Assembly: GCA_004431415.1 (NCBI GenBank)
Contig: QPMI01000101.1
Span: 290,756 to 354,755 of the forward strand
Origin: Cyanophora paradoxa CCMP329
Taxonomy: Eukaryota > Plantae > Glaucophyta
Direction: 5' to 3'
Length of the DNA stretch: 64,000 nucleotides
Shown piece by piece: positions 25,228 through 38,275 of the stretch. The translations under genes and the position numbers were made by a program. Numbering within the stretch: position 1 is the first letter of the stretch; each line of letters begins with the position of its first letter. Below the pieces are notes generated by a model. That model did no database searches. It had not been told where the DNA came from and saw nothing but the letters and a program-made list of their open reading frames with translations.

Positions 25228-28200
25228 ATGTACGGGCAGGGGGAGGAATGGCCATCGCTCCCCGGGGCGCCCGCGCGGCCGTCGCGTGCAGCGCCATTTC
25301 CCGCGGCCGCGCCGTCCTACAGCTCCGGAGGGTCCCACAGGACCGTGTACGCCCATGTTCCAACGTACGGCGGCTACTCGTCGAACGCCCGTGGTCGGGG
25401 GCGCGGGCGCGGGAGCGGCGCCACGCGCGGACGTCCGCAGAAGGTTGCGGGAGGAATCTTTCGTGACGACGACCCCGCGGCCGGCAAGTATGCCTACGAT
25501 AAGCGCGTCGCTCGCCGCGCAGCTGCAGATGCAGCAAATGCCGCTGCAGCCGCAGTGCAAGCGCCGGTCGCGGCTGCGGCTAGCGCAGCAGCGCCTCAGA
25601 ACGGCGCCGGGGCCGCGCCATCGCCTTTCGCCGCGCTGGCGCCAGCTGCAGCCGCGGCCGCGGCGAGCTCGAGCCCCTTCTCCTTCTCCGCGCTGCAGGC
25701 GGCCCTTGCTGATCACGGTGAGCGTTACATCGAGATGGAGAACCTGGATAAGGCGATAGCCGTCCTGAAGGAGCTGGGCCCCGTAGGATCAGCATCGAAT
25801 CTCAAGCTTTCGCCCGAAGAGGTCCTATGGGCACGATTCCAGCTTTCGGGGGATTACGGCTGGGAAGAGGGAGGCGAAGACGAGGAATACGAGGAGCTGG
25901 AGCCCGTCGCGCCTCCGGCTGCCGCCGCCCCCGCCCCCGCGACTCCGAAGCCGCGCGCCGTCCCGTCCCCGCCGCCCCGCCCGCCGCCCGCGAAGCGCCC
26001 GAAGGAGATCACTTTCGACCTCCTCGTCGATCTCCCCGCCGATGAAGAGGACGAGGACGAGGACGAGGAGGACGAGGACGGCACGCCGAAGTCCGTCCCC
26101 GCCGCGCGTGCGTCCGCGCCCTCTCCAGGTACCGCGGCCCGGGGCCCGCGCGCCGCGCCTCACGCCTTACCGCGTCAGGCGCTGCGGCCGCGGAGCAGTC
26201 CAAGAAGAAGAAAACGAAGCGCCCCGAGAAGAAGAAAGAAGCGGAGGCCGGCCAGTCCACGAGCTCGAGGAGGCCGGAGCCGGAGGCGGAGCCCGAGCCC
26301 GACCCGAAGCAGACGAAGCTGCCGTCGGGCTTCGCGTCCTACATCACCGGCCGCCCCGTCCCAGACAAGTACCCCGGTATTCTCGAACCGCTTGATCTTT
26401 AACCTTGCTTCCTGCAGCTGGTCACGAGTCCCGCGGCTCACCTTCGCGCAGGCATGCCAAAGCACCATCCGAGCGTGGAGGCGGTCATCTACTCGGCGCT
26501 CGCGCAGATGGCGTACCACGGCAGGGAGGAGTGGCGCTTCTTCGAGCGGGACGGGAGTCTGACAGGGGAGGGTCGCGAGCAGCGCCGGCGCCTGCTCGAC
26601 TACTACCGGGCCGAGTGGGGTCCGGAGCTCGTAGACGCCATCCTCGACCACGACGAGGGCTTTGTCCGCGCGTGAGCGTCGCCTCCGTCCTCGTCCTCAT
26701 CCACGCGTGCATGCGCATGCGCACAGCCCTCTGACTGCGCGCAGCGTCCTCGAGACGCCCTTCGGGAAGATCCCGCGCCTCGATCGCGAGCGGTATGCTA
26801 GCGCTAGCGCTCCCCCGTCTCTTTGATTTGATTGCTCCACGTGCAACCTGTGACGTCGACGCCGCGCCCTCTCAGAATCTGCACCACGGTGTCAAGCGGG
26901 CGGCCTCTGCTCTACGCCGCCGTCCTGAACGGCTGCACCGACGCGATGCTCCGCCTGCTCGCCCCCCCGCTCTGGAGCCAGGTCTCGCTCGAGGACAAGT
27001 CGACGAAGGAATCCGTGCGCGGGACGCCTAAGCCTTCACCGCCGAACGCCCTCTGATTCCCCGGGGACAGGCCCTCCGCCTCGCCGTGCGCCTCCGGAAG
27101 CGGTCCCATGTGCGCGCGACTGGGTTCGATCCGGGTCCCCCGCCCAGCCCTTTCCTCACCACACCGCAGGTCCAGATCCTTGTGGAGGCCACCCGCGGCC
27201 GCAAGGACTCACCATCGGCTTTGGACGAAGATTTGTACTCGGGTGGGGCCCGTCTGCAGACTCACAACTCGCCCTCTGACTCTAGATCTGGCCGCAGACG
27301 GCGACTCGATCCTCAAGCGAGTCGTCTCGGAGGGTGAGAAGTCCCGCGACTTCGCCATCTTCCTCGTCTCGCTCGGCGCCGACCCGTCGCGCAAATGCGG
27401 TCCGCCCTCAATCGCCACCTGCACGCCCGCACCCTGGCCTGACGACGGCAATGACGGCAGGCAAGAACGGCCCCACGTGCACGCCCCTCGAGGTGGCCGC
27501 CAAGGCGTGCGACGTACCTCTCCTCCGGGCCATGATCTCCTCCATGTCCGCGAAGAGGCGCGTGCCCCGAAACTTGTTCTCCTCTAGATCTCCGCTTCAC
27601 TTCGGATTCGCTGAGGTGCCTCGCAGCAACAAGCAGGACCTCCTCCGCCGCCCCCTCGCCCTCACGTGCAGCGCGCACTCCAACCCGTCCGCCGCCGACG
27701 CCGTCGCCCTCCTTCTCGAGTCCGGCGCGGTCCCCGACGGTGCTTTCCCTCCCAAGGCTCTGCTGCCGCAGCGCTAGCGTTGACGTTGACGGGTCGCCGC
27801 AGCCGACTCGTTGGGCGCCGCCGCCGAGGGCGGCGACGTCGCGTTCCTCCAGCTCGCGTGGTCCGGATCCGCGGCCGGGCGACGCGGGGGGCCGGACTCG
27901 AGCTCCCGCGCCGCTTCGCCGCCCCCGCGGCCGGCCGCCGCTGCCCCTGCCTCGAGCTCGGCTCCCGGCATCCCCAAGAAGGGCCTCATCTCCGCGCTCT
28001 TCTCCAACGTGTACCCCCCCTCGTACTCCGCCCCGTTGGCCCCAGGCCCGGTCGCAACCTTCAGCTCCGGCACCTCGAGTTCTTCGCCGGCCAAGGGCCT
28101 CATCTGCGGCGTCCTGCAGCCCACACCGAAGCCCGAGCCCGAGGCGGCCGCTCTGACGAGGAGAGCTCCGTCGGGCCCGCCCGACGAGCGCACTGCCAGC

Positions 28201-30639
28201 GCGTGCCTGCACCGCACTATCGGCAAGGTCAAATCTCCTCTAGATCTCGTGCATGTCTTTCGCGCGTGTGCTGACCCTGCGGGACATGTGCAGGGCCCAT
28301 CGCGCAACGAGGTCTCGAAGTTCGTCGTCGAGGGGTGGGGCCTGCGGCCGCGCCTCCTGCCGGCCAACGGCGCGCTCCTGGACCGGCTGCTCGAGCGCCG
28401 GCTGCTCGACGAGGAGGCGGAGCTGCCTCTCTGCGCCCCCCGCCGCGACGTCGTCGGCCTTGCCGCGCTCCTGCCGCGCGCCCAGGGCGCCGCCGGCCTC
28501 GCCTCCCGCCTCGCCGGCGTGCCGCTGCAGCCGCTCGCGGCTAGCGCTGCTGGGCGAACCGAAGAAATCGAGCGGCTGGTCGCTCTGGGTGCGGGATTGG
28601 ACACCGTGACTCAGGATCATCCCGTACCGGCGCTTCTCGTCGCTGCAGAAAAGAAGCAGGTGCAGTCTCTCGCCCTGCCTGCTCGGGAGCGCAGCCAACG
28701 ACACCGCGTCGCCTCGCAGAGCGCGACGGCGCGCCGGCTGATCGAGCTTGGCGCTGCGATCCACGTCGCCCGCCCCGAGGACGGGTTTACTGTCCTGCAC
28801 ATCGCGGCCACGAAGCAGGACCGCGACCTGTTGCGCGCCGTGCTCAACCTGGTCCGCTCGCGATCGGCCGCCTCAGAAACTTTGCTCGCTTCCTTAGGAG
28901 CTGCCGCGCGCACTGCGGCAGGGCGCGCGCCCCTGGCCGCTCCTTGCGAAGCAGGCCAAGGGCCGCAGGACGCCCCTCCAAGTGTGCAAGGACAGGCAGC
29001 TCTCCCCCTTCCTCGCCGGTGTGAATTTTCTCTGCTGCGGCTCCGGGAGAGGTCGAGGCGGTCTCACCGCCTTGCAGATGCTGAGCGCCAGGCGAAGGGC
29101 CCCGCCAAGAGGCCCCAGGCCGCTCCGGCGCCCGCCCTCCCGCAGTCCCCAGCGCCGAGCACTCCCCTCGCCCCCGCGGCCGCATGCGCAGCCCCTGCCA
29201 GCCCCCCGAAGCGGATCGAGGTCGAGGAGGCAAAGGCGGGCCCTTCGACACCGCGGCAGCAGATCGACCCCGCGTTGGCGCGCAGCGCTCTGGGGCACCT
29301 GCGCGCCAAGGTGCAGCGCTCGGCGCTCTCGATCTGTCGGCAATTCGTCCGCTGAGCTTCCGCGCAGATCGGAGACGAGGCCGCGGGCATTGAGCCGCTG
29401 CCCGCCATCGCCGTGGAGAGCACCCGCGAGGGCGCGCCGGCGCCCGCCGCAGCGCGCGCTCCCCACCGCTGACCCAGCGCAGCGCCGGCGCCGCGTGGGG
29501 GCGATCGCGAGAGCGACGAGGAGGAAGACGAGGAGGGGTGGATGGAGGGCCTCGATATATATCGATGCGTGCGCGGCTCTCTTGTTGGGGCCGGGGCGGA
29601 GGGAGCGGGCCCGGGGGTGCTGACTCCCCGCAGCTCCTCGTCGCAGGCGACGGTGGCCGGCATCGTGGCGGCCGTCGGCGAGCAGGCGCGGGAGATCCAG
29701 GCGCGCCTCCCCCTCCCGCACCTCCTCCACGAGGCCCGCGCAGCTGACGGCCACTGCGCAGCTTCCCAAGGACCTCTACGCGACGTGCAAGGCGATCGGA
29801 GCGGCCGGGCCGCCGTCGGGGACGGTGCAGCGCCCCTTGCGACCCCTGCGCTGCCTTCCCCGATGGCGGGGCGGGGCGGGGGCAGGCCTCGTGATGGTGG
29901 AGTGGAAGGAGGGCGGGCGGGCGCAGGAGCTCCGGCTCGAGATCTTCGCGTCAGGCACAGCGGGGGCGGCCCGCGAGCCGCCCCCCAGGCCCAGCCGCCC
30001 GCAGCCGCTCCCCCGCAGCAGCCGCCCGTGGTTGCCCGCCCGTCGCCCTCGCCAGCGACGGTTCCCGCTCCTCCGCAGCCGCAGCCGCAGCCGCTGCCGC
30101 TGCCACAGCCACAGCCGCATCCGCCATCGGCATCGCTTCAGGAGGCGTCCCTCATCCTTCAACAGCAGCAGGCGGCTGCGGTGGCCGTGGCCGCGCAGCA
30201 GCAGGCGTACCAGCAGCAGGCGCCACCCCATCCTTTCTTCTGCGCCCTTGTTTTGTTCACTCTCGGCGTACGCATCGCAGGTGGCGTATACGTACCAGCA
30301 GCAGCTAGCGTACCAGCTGCAGCAACAGGTTTCTTTCTTCGCCGCTGCCGAAGTTATCGTGCACATGTGCGCCTTCTGAAACGATCGCACGCAGGCTGTC
30401 TACCAGCAGGCCCTCTACCAGCAGCTCGCAGCGGGCGCGAATCCGTACGCTCAGGCGCAGGGCCACAGCTACCCAGACACGGGAATGTACTACGGGTATC
30501 ACGCGGAGAGAGCGCCTGTGCAGCAGGAGGCAGAGGTCGTCTATATGGAAACAGTTCAAGCGCGTGCACTTACCCCTTTCTCTTCTGGCAGCCATTCGCG
30601 CGTCTCGCGATGGTAGCTTCGATTCTAGCTGATCAATGA
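25228..30639 (+). CDS. Large ankyrin-repeat protein with RG-rich N-terminus and Gln/Tyr-rich C-terminus
   Basis: Ankyrin-like motifs PLLYAAVLNG, TPLEVAAKAC, PALLVAAEKK, LIELGAAIH...DGFTVLHIAA; many short introns; last exon 30592-30639. Confidence 0.7.
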
Positions 30640-32259
30640 GCGAGCAGATCAGCGATGCACCGGCGCCCGTCCCGGCGGGGTGCGTCGCTCGCCCTCTGCC
30701 TTAAGCTTGTTGAGCTGCTCTAGATCTCTTGCTGACGTCTCCTGCAGGGAGCTCGAGGTCCAAGCGTGGGGAGGGCAGGACGCGGCGCAGGAGGAAGAGG
30801 AGGCCGCGGCAGAAGCGGCCGTGACGTGCGCCCCTCCCTCGTTTCCTTTCGTTTCCTTCCCCCCCCCCCCCCCCCCCCCCTCCTCTCCCGCCGCCGAACC
30901 CGCCGTCGCAGGGAGACCCTTAAGCACCTCGTCGAGACAGGCGTCAAGATGCGCCCGGACCTCTGTTCAGTGTGCAACGTAGCGCAGGAGCCGGGCCACT
31001 CGACCGGAGCCAAGGCTTCCGTGCGCCCCTCCGCATCTCTGATCTCGCCCTTTCTCTGATCGCAGCGCCTCGCTCGGCAGGCGCATTGGGAGAACGTGGG
31101 CGCGCGAGATGCGCTCTACAAATTCTGCGCCGAAGTCGGCGAGCAGCTCCGCTTCCGCGTCCGCGCTCTCGCCCAGGTGCCCCGCGCGCCCCGCGCCCGG
31201 GGCCCGCCACGCCTCCTCTCCCGCCCGCTGACATTTCAAAGGAATCCGCCGCGCGCGCACGGGTGACGGAGGGCGACCCGGGGACGCAGGATCGGCTCAT
31301 CGACATCTGCCAGGCGGTGCGGACGGCTGCGGGGCGCAAGCCGGCGCCGGCCTTGATGCGCGATATCGATTGCGGCTGCAGGCGTCGAGCGTGGAGGAGG
31401 AGCTGGCGCGGGCCTCGCGGGAGGCCGGCGCGGCGCGCGCCTGGCGCGAGCACCTCGCCCGCCTCGAGGCCCGCCCGCCCCCAGCCCCTCCCCGCCGAAG
31501 AGGAGCCCCTGGGCGCGCAGCCGCCGCTCACTCGCCGTCCCGCAGGAGCTCTTCGCGGAGAGGCAGAGCTGCCTCCGCGACCCCGATTCCTTCCTCGGCA
31601 TAGCGCACCGCGCACCCGCGAGAGGTCTCCTCCGCTGCCCGCCTGCAGTTAGCTTGCCCGGCCGCCGAACGCGGCCGCCTGAGCGGGGCCGGGGCCCGGG
31701 GGCAGGAGGGGGCGGGGGCGGCGAGGGAGGGCCCGTCGGGGGCCCCGCGCAGGCGCCCCGCCTGCAGAGCCTCGCGGTGAGAGTCTTCGGAGTCTCCGGC
31801 CCGCTGACCGCGCGCCCTCTCGGGGCCTCTGATCGTGGTGGGGGCGGCAGTCGCTGCTGGAGGCGACGTCGACGGCCGCCGCCGGCCGCCCCGACCCCGA
31901 CGCCCCGCGTGCGCCCGCCCCCCGTTCGAATCGCTCCGCGTGGCGCTGCGGCGCTCATGATGCGGGGAGGGCAGAGCTCGAGGGCGGGGAGCAGGTGGGG
32001 GACGAGGAGGAGGTCGGCTGGGAGCAGGTGCCCGCGCTCCGTGCACGTGCCTCTGCGGTGGGGGGCGGGAGGCCTCACCCGCGCCCAGGAGAAGCGGAGG
32101 CCCCGCAAGCGCGCCTCTCGCGGCCGCGGCCGCGGCGCCGGAGCTCGTGCTGCTGCTGGCCCTGCCCGAGCTCAAGGCGGCGGCGGCGGCGGCAGGGGGG
32201 GCCGAGCAGGGCGGGGCAGGGGCGAGCCCGGCCCGCCCTCCGGCGCACCCCCACGCTAG
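30636..32259 (+). CDS. Hypothetical protein with a U1/matrin-like zinc finger
   Basis: ATG at 30636 (MSEQISDAPAP); CSVCNVAQEPGHSTGAK..HWEN pattern; downstream exons read only approximately. May be the 3' part of the ankyrin gene if there is an indel error. Confidence 0.4.
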
Positions 32260-33109
32260 GTTTCCTTTCCCCCCCCCTCCCTCCCCCCCCCCCCCCGGCA
32301 CCCCCTCCCCCACCCCATCCCCCCTCCTTCCCCATACCCCTCCCCTCCCTCGAGCTCGTGATCCTTCCCCATACCCCTCCGGATCCTCTCCGGATCCCCA
32401 ATCGATACAATGCATATGAGCATTTGATCATTGCAGTTCAGGGCCGGGGCGATTATTAGTTAGAAAAATAAATTACAGAAGCTGAGAAATGACCTCAAGA
32501 TTGGCCTGAGGCTTGGGAACGTTAACCCTTCAGCCTTCACCTCAGGCGGCTGCAGCTGCTCAAAGGGAACACTATACTCCATACTGCGTATTAACTGTAC
32601 GTGTACTGGCCATATGCATGGCGCGGCGGGCGCCATGGTAGCCGATCGCGATAAAAAGATCCTGGAAGATCGAGCTCGATCCGGGTCGAAATCGCGGCCC
32701 GCGGCGGGCTTGCAATTGAACTTCAAGGCTTGGATCCGGCCGGGCTCATGATCATGCGCAGATCCTGGACCGCGGGGCCGGGACTGTGGAATTCGAAAGC
32801 GAACGGAAAAAGGGGCCTCCTTCGGAAAGACTAGATGGTCTATAATGCATATGTCTTGAGAAGAGAGGGGACGGAGAGGCATGCGCAGTTGCGACGTCGA
32901 CGGGCCCGCAAGATCATAACTCAGCGAGGCCCTCAAAGCTCCAGAGCATGCGCATGCGCATCATGGCCAGCGTGGCGGCGTGCGCGTTCGCTAGAGCTCC
33001 TCGAACTCGGAAGACCGATATCTAGACCTCCTGTGCATGCACGAAGAGCTCTTGCACGCACATCTCAAGCTTAAAGGGCTAGGGGAGAGGGCGGCGCGCG
33101 GAGGCTAGG

Positions 33110-33395
33110 GGACGGGCGGAGCGGCTGGCGCGCCCGAGGCGCCCTGATCGGATATCATGAGGCTCCGCCAGCTCTGCCCTTGAGCTCCAATCGCAGGTAT
33201 AGCGAGTTAGTTTTGTAATAATCGCCGATACTCGATGCGCGTATTAAGCCAGCGCCCACGCGGCGCGCGCCCCCCCAGCTGCAGCTCCGGGCCGGGGCCC
33301 CCGACGCACCGCTCGAGGGGGTTTACACCTCCCGTGGCCGCACCCGAGGTGACGTCGACGACGAAGTTCCAAATGTTGAAAACGTTCTAGCACAC
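33110..33395. pseudogene. Degenerate, internally deleted copy of segments of the neighbouring 33.8-38.3 kb gene
   Basis: 33110-33245 resembles 34935-35070 (GCGCCCGAGGCGC, CTCCGCCAGCTCTGCCCT, GATGCGCGTATT); 33320-33390 resembles 36421-36483 (GGCCGCACCCGAGGTGACG..GACGAAGTTCCAAATGTT). Confidence 0.7.
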
Positions 33396-33532
33396 GTACG
33401 GGGCCTTGATCATGAGAAAGAGTTCAACAAGACTTGCAGACGTGCGAGATACCCCCCCCCCCCCCCCCCTTCTGGTGGCCATGGGAGGACAGGGCGCTGG
33501 TGGAGGCGCTCGGGGCGGGGGGGGTGACGCGG

Positions 33533-33563
<31 letters not shown>

Positions 33564-33703
33564 CGGAAGGGGGGGGGGAGAGAGAGGATACGTCCTCGCG
33601 GACGACTCGGCCCTCGCCGACGCCGCCCGCCACGCCGCCTCGCTCCTCTAAAGCCCGAGGGCCCGCTGCAGACCCCTCGAATCCCCCGCGTCCTCGCGAG
33701 CCG

Positions 33704-33770
33704 AATCCGATGTCATCATTTACGTAGATATATAATCCGATGTCATAATATGCGTTTAATCCGATGTCAT
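33704..33770. repeat. Three direct copies of AATCCGATGTCAT with AT-rich spacers (17 and 11 nt)
   Basis: Copies at 33704-33716, 33734-33746 and 33758-33770. Confidence 0.9.
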
Positions 33771-33848
33771 TATTATGACGTATACGTATGCAGAATACAT
33801 ACGGGTCCCGGAGGCCCAGGGGTGTCGACGTGCGGGCCGGGATCGAAT

Positions 33849-36800
33849 TCAGGCGGGCCCGTTGGCGAGCCAGGCGCTGATCTGGAGGACGGTGTCGGCG
33901 GGGTACGTGGCCAGGAAGACCTCCTGCAGCTCGGAGTCGATCCCGCGGCTCGCCCAGAAGTCGGGGTCCAGGGCGGGGCGCCACGCCAGCCCCAGCCCGC
34001 CCATCCGCCCCGCCAGCCCCCGCGGGCGCTCGTTCGCGTCGTACGGGTACGGGTGCACGAGCTGGGGGGGCACGGGCCGCCCGAGGCGGGCAGCGACCCA
34101 GGTGGCGGCGCGGCGGAGGTTGCGGATGCGGGGGTGCGAGTCGCCGAAGCAGGCGGCGAGCTCGGGCGTGCACGTGTACTTGGCCATCGACGCCACGAAC
34201 GTGTCCAGCGCCTCCGCCAGCTGCCCGTCCAGCGCGCTGCCGTTTCGTACAAGCCCGTGCGCAGTTAATATAAAGCCAATAGCCATGAATTCAAGTATGA
34301 GTCCGAACTCGGAATTCTGTCCCGCTGACGCGCGGGCGCGCGCACCAGAGGAGGCCGATGTGGTAGAGGGCGGAAGCGACCTTGGTGGGGCCCCACGGGC
34401 CGTGGAGCCCCGCCTGCGCGCGCCCGAGCCCGGGGCACGCATCGGTCGCACACCCCAGGCCGGCGCCGGCTGCGGGGGCTGGAGGGGGGCGGGGCGGGGC
34501 GGGGGCGGGCGCCTCGAAGAGGAGGAGGCAGCTGCGGACGATGCGGATGGCGTGGCGGAGCTTGAAGCCGCCGGGGCGGAACACGACGCCGCACGCTGCC
34601 GGGGACGCGCTAAGAGTAGGCGGCGTGTGCGGGGGCCATGCATCGCGTGGATGGGGTGCGAGAGTGGGATGCGGAGGGGGTGACCGGCGAGGCAGAAGTC
34701 GTCGTGGTCGGAGCTCGTCACCTCGCAGACGGCGTCGAGCGCCTGCGTCCCCGCCCGCAGCGAGCGCCCCCAGCGCGCAACCAGCCCTGCCCACGCCCCG
34801 CGCCCCCCCGCGTTAGCGGCTCCTCCACCTCCATCTCACGTGCACGCGTCTCTCTCGTGGGCGGCCTCGTGAAGGGTTCGGGAGGGCGGGGAGGGGGGCG
34901 GGGGCGGGCGGACCGGCGGCGAGCTCGGCCAGGGAGGCGGAGCGGCTCGCGCGCCCGAGGCGCATCACGTAGGCGGGGTTGCCCCCCGAGCGCTCCGCCA
35001 GCTCTGCCCTCCAACATATGAGTCGCACGCACAGCGAATTGATTTTATAATGTTCGCCGATGCGCGTATTTCGGCCAGGATCAGGATCGATCAGATCAGA
35101 TCGCAGTTCAGATCGCGAATCTAGATCGGGGCGACGGGGGGCGGGGCGCGGGCGGACCGCGGGCGATGTCGGCGGCGCGGCGGTAGCCCTCGGCGGCGGC
35201 GGCGGGGTCGCCCTCGTGCCAGTCGATGTACGCTGCGGCGCCTTCCGATGAGCGACGCGCAGCTGGAGGGGCCTTGGAGGGCGGGGCGGGGCGGGCGGGC
35301 CGAGGGTCTGCAGGCACGACGCCTTGAACTCCGTGTCGTCGTCCGTCTCCTCGAACCTGTCCGCCGCGTCGCGCAGGGACCGTAGACGTCAAATCACGGG
35401 CGAACGAGCGCCAGCGCTAGATTTGAGTCTAGAGGCCGCTTCCCAGCGTGCAATGCAGGCCCCAATGCAAGCCCTCCCCGCACCAGTAGAGGCGCTCCGA
35501 GAAGTGGCGAGCGAGGTCCGGCCGCTCGATTTGCACTGCGAGCCCCGCGCCTCGCCCCGTGAGCGCGGCCGGCCGGGCATCGGAGGGGGGGTACGGCGGC
35601 ACCGTGCAGCTCGCAGAGGTCGCGCAGGACCTCGCACTCGAGCCGGTGGGGGTACACCTGCGCGCGCACGCGGGGGCCCCGGGCTGCTCAGCGCCCGGGC
35701 GGGGCGGGGGCAGGAGACGCGGGGCGGAACACAGCAGCACGTACCCGCAAGCGGAGCAGGGCGTCCCAGGCCTGGTATGGGCGGGGGGGGGGGGGGGGAG
35801 GGGGAAGGGGGGGAAGGGGGGAAAGGGGGGGGGGGAGGCGTGTCGGGGTCGGAAACGTGAGACCCCGTGGCCTGTGCTGGCGCGCGCGCCCGGCCCCGCG
35901 CGCGCACCTCGAACTGAAGCTCCAGAGCGGCCCGCACGTGCCCGAACTGCCGCAGGCTGAACCCCGCCCGCACCTGCCCCCGCCACCCGCTCACAGCTGA
36001 TCACGCACACGTACCGCAGGCGCAGTTCGAGCCGCCGCTTTGGCGTTAGCTCGCCCACCTTCGCAGTCGTCGCGAGAAGCTCCGTTCGCACGTCCCGTCC
36101 AAACCTGCCGTCGCGATCGGCCCCGCGCGCCCGGTGTGGTAAGCTGATTGTAAGGCGCCTCTTGCGGGCGTGCGCACCTCTCGACGGCCTCCATTGCAAT
36201 CTCAATCGCGCGCTCGTGTAGCGCGAGGACCTGCGCGTGCCGATCGCGAGCGTACGCACGTGAGGCCACTGCCGGTCGAATTGCGATTGGGGAGGGGGGC
36301 CGGCGGGAGAGGCGTGCGGCGCGCCTCCTCCAAGGGGAGGAGCATGAAGTTGGGTGATATGACGACGAAATCTGCGGGGCACGCACACGTGAGGGGGGCG
36401 GAGCCGACAGCTACGGGGGGGGGGTACGCCTCCCGCGGCCGCACCCGAGGTGACGACGATGACGAAGTTCCAAATGTTCTCGCAGGCGCGCTCCGCCTCC
36501 TCCCTGGAGCAAAACAATTAGAAGGGGAAGGCAGGGGGACGGGGTAAGGTGGGGGGGGGGTACATCGAACTCACAGCGTGGGATACGAGGAAGGGCCGGC
36601 GAGGAGGTTCAGTGCGAGGGAGCTAAGGATCGAGTCGAACTGAACATAGGGAGGGGGGGGGGGGGGGGGGGCGGATTAAAAAATAATGAGCCCCGGGCGG
36701 GAGTAAAGAAACGCTTGCAAAAAGCGGCGAGCAGACCGAAGGGGGAGGGAAGGAGGCGCGGGGCCACCCGGGGCCAGAGGAGCGGGCGACAGCGATTCGA

Positions 36801-38275
36801 ACGAGCTGGGCGAACGCTCTCTTCGCTCTTCGAGGAGGATGGCGAAATGCGGCGCTCACCACGAAGAGATGACGGGTACGTATTCTCCCAGCAAGCGTGC
36901 GGAAGAGGGGGGTACCCAGGACGCTTCCATGGGGTGAGTCTCGGAAGCCGGGTGGGCCGGGGGCGGAGCGGGGAGGGGTACCGGGGGTCGCCCAACAGGA
37001 CGGCGAGGGCTGAGCCGGCGCCGGCCGCCTCCGCGGCGGTCACGCGGCGCTGCGGGCCCGGGGTTGCAAGGCGGCGGGGCGGGGTGGGAGCAGCAGGGGG
37101 TTACCATGAACTCGTCCTCCTCGTGGGGGCTCAGGATGTAGGGCGGGGGGGAGAAGGGGACGGGGGGCGGGAGGGGCGGGGGCGGGGGCGGGGGCTCGTC
37201 GAAGGGGGCGGGGGAGCCGGGGACGAGGGGGACGGGGGCGGGGGCGGGGGCGTCGGAGTTGATGGCGAGGCTCGAGAGCTTCACGAAGAGCGCCTCCACG
37301 TCCGCCTCGGGGAGCGCCACCGGCCCCGCCCCCCGCCCCGCCCCCCGCCCCATCTCCGCCGGCACCGCGACCCCCCAGACGGCCGGCGGGGGGGGCGCCC
37401 CCCGCGAGCTCGAGCCCTCGCCCCGCAGCTCGGCGCTCACGAAGAGCTCCCAGAACTTCTCCTCCGCCGAAGAGAGGAGGTCGGCCACGGAGCGCCGGTC
37501 CCTCGCGGGGGCCGAGCGCGCGAAGGCGGAGAGCAGCGAGTCGAGGTAGCCCGCCTCCTGCAGCACCTCCGCCTCCTCGCGCCCCCCCGGCACCTCCGAG
37601 CCCTGCCTCGACCCGGGGAGCGCCGGCGGAAGAGGAGGCGGAGGCGGCAGCTGCAGCGGATACGGGAGGAGGGGCGGCGGTTCGGGGGTCCCGAATGCCG
37701 GTCGACGTCGACGTCCGGAGGGGGAGCGGGGGCGACGGGAGCTGGAAGGGGCCGGCGGGCTGGGGAGAGACGCCTCGGAGAGCCCGGCGCTCTCCCAGAT
37801 GAGGGCGAGGGGCGCGAAATCGAGGGGTCCGGCGCGAGCGCGCTTGAGGGCCGGGGCCGCCTCATGCCCGTGTCGCGACTCGAGCTCCCCGGGGCCGTGC
37901 TTCGCCGGGAGGGCGCCCGATCGGCGCGGCGTCGCCGGTCCGGATGCGGGGGGAGGGAGGGGGGATGCGGGGCCGGCCCCGCCCTCCAGCGTCGCCTGCG
38001 ACGTCGCCCTCTCCCGCTCCGCCTTGCATCCCGCCCCGGGCATTGCCCCGCAGCGCACGAGCTGGAGCTTGATGCGGCCCTGCGCACACACCCGCGCATC
38101 CGCTTCGGATTGGGCGGGGAGCGGGGCGGGGGAGGGAGCAGGGGGCGCGCGCCCGCGGCTGATGGCCGGTGACGGGGTCGCGAAGGCGGAGCTCGAAAGA
38201 GGCGTCCCGGAGGCAGCGGCAGGCGTCCAGCGCAAAGCACGCCGTCTCTCCCACCGCGTCCACCCTTGTCTCCAC
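33849..38275 (-). CDS. Large multi-exon hypothetical protein, partly helical-repeat-like
   Basis: Coherent coding exons (EAGYLDSLLSAF...EEKFWELF; CENIWNFVIVVTSG; YIDWHEGDPAAAAEGYRRAADIA; final exon ...LQISAWLANGPA*). No family recognised; start uncertain. Confidence 0.5.

Noticed and set aside
33704-33770. CRISPR-like repeat-spacer pattern
   Set aside because: 13-bp repeats with unequal 11/17-nt spacers, eukaryotic context and no cas genes.
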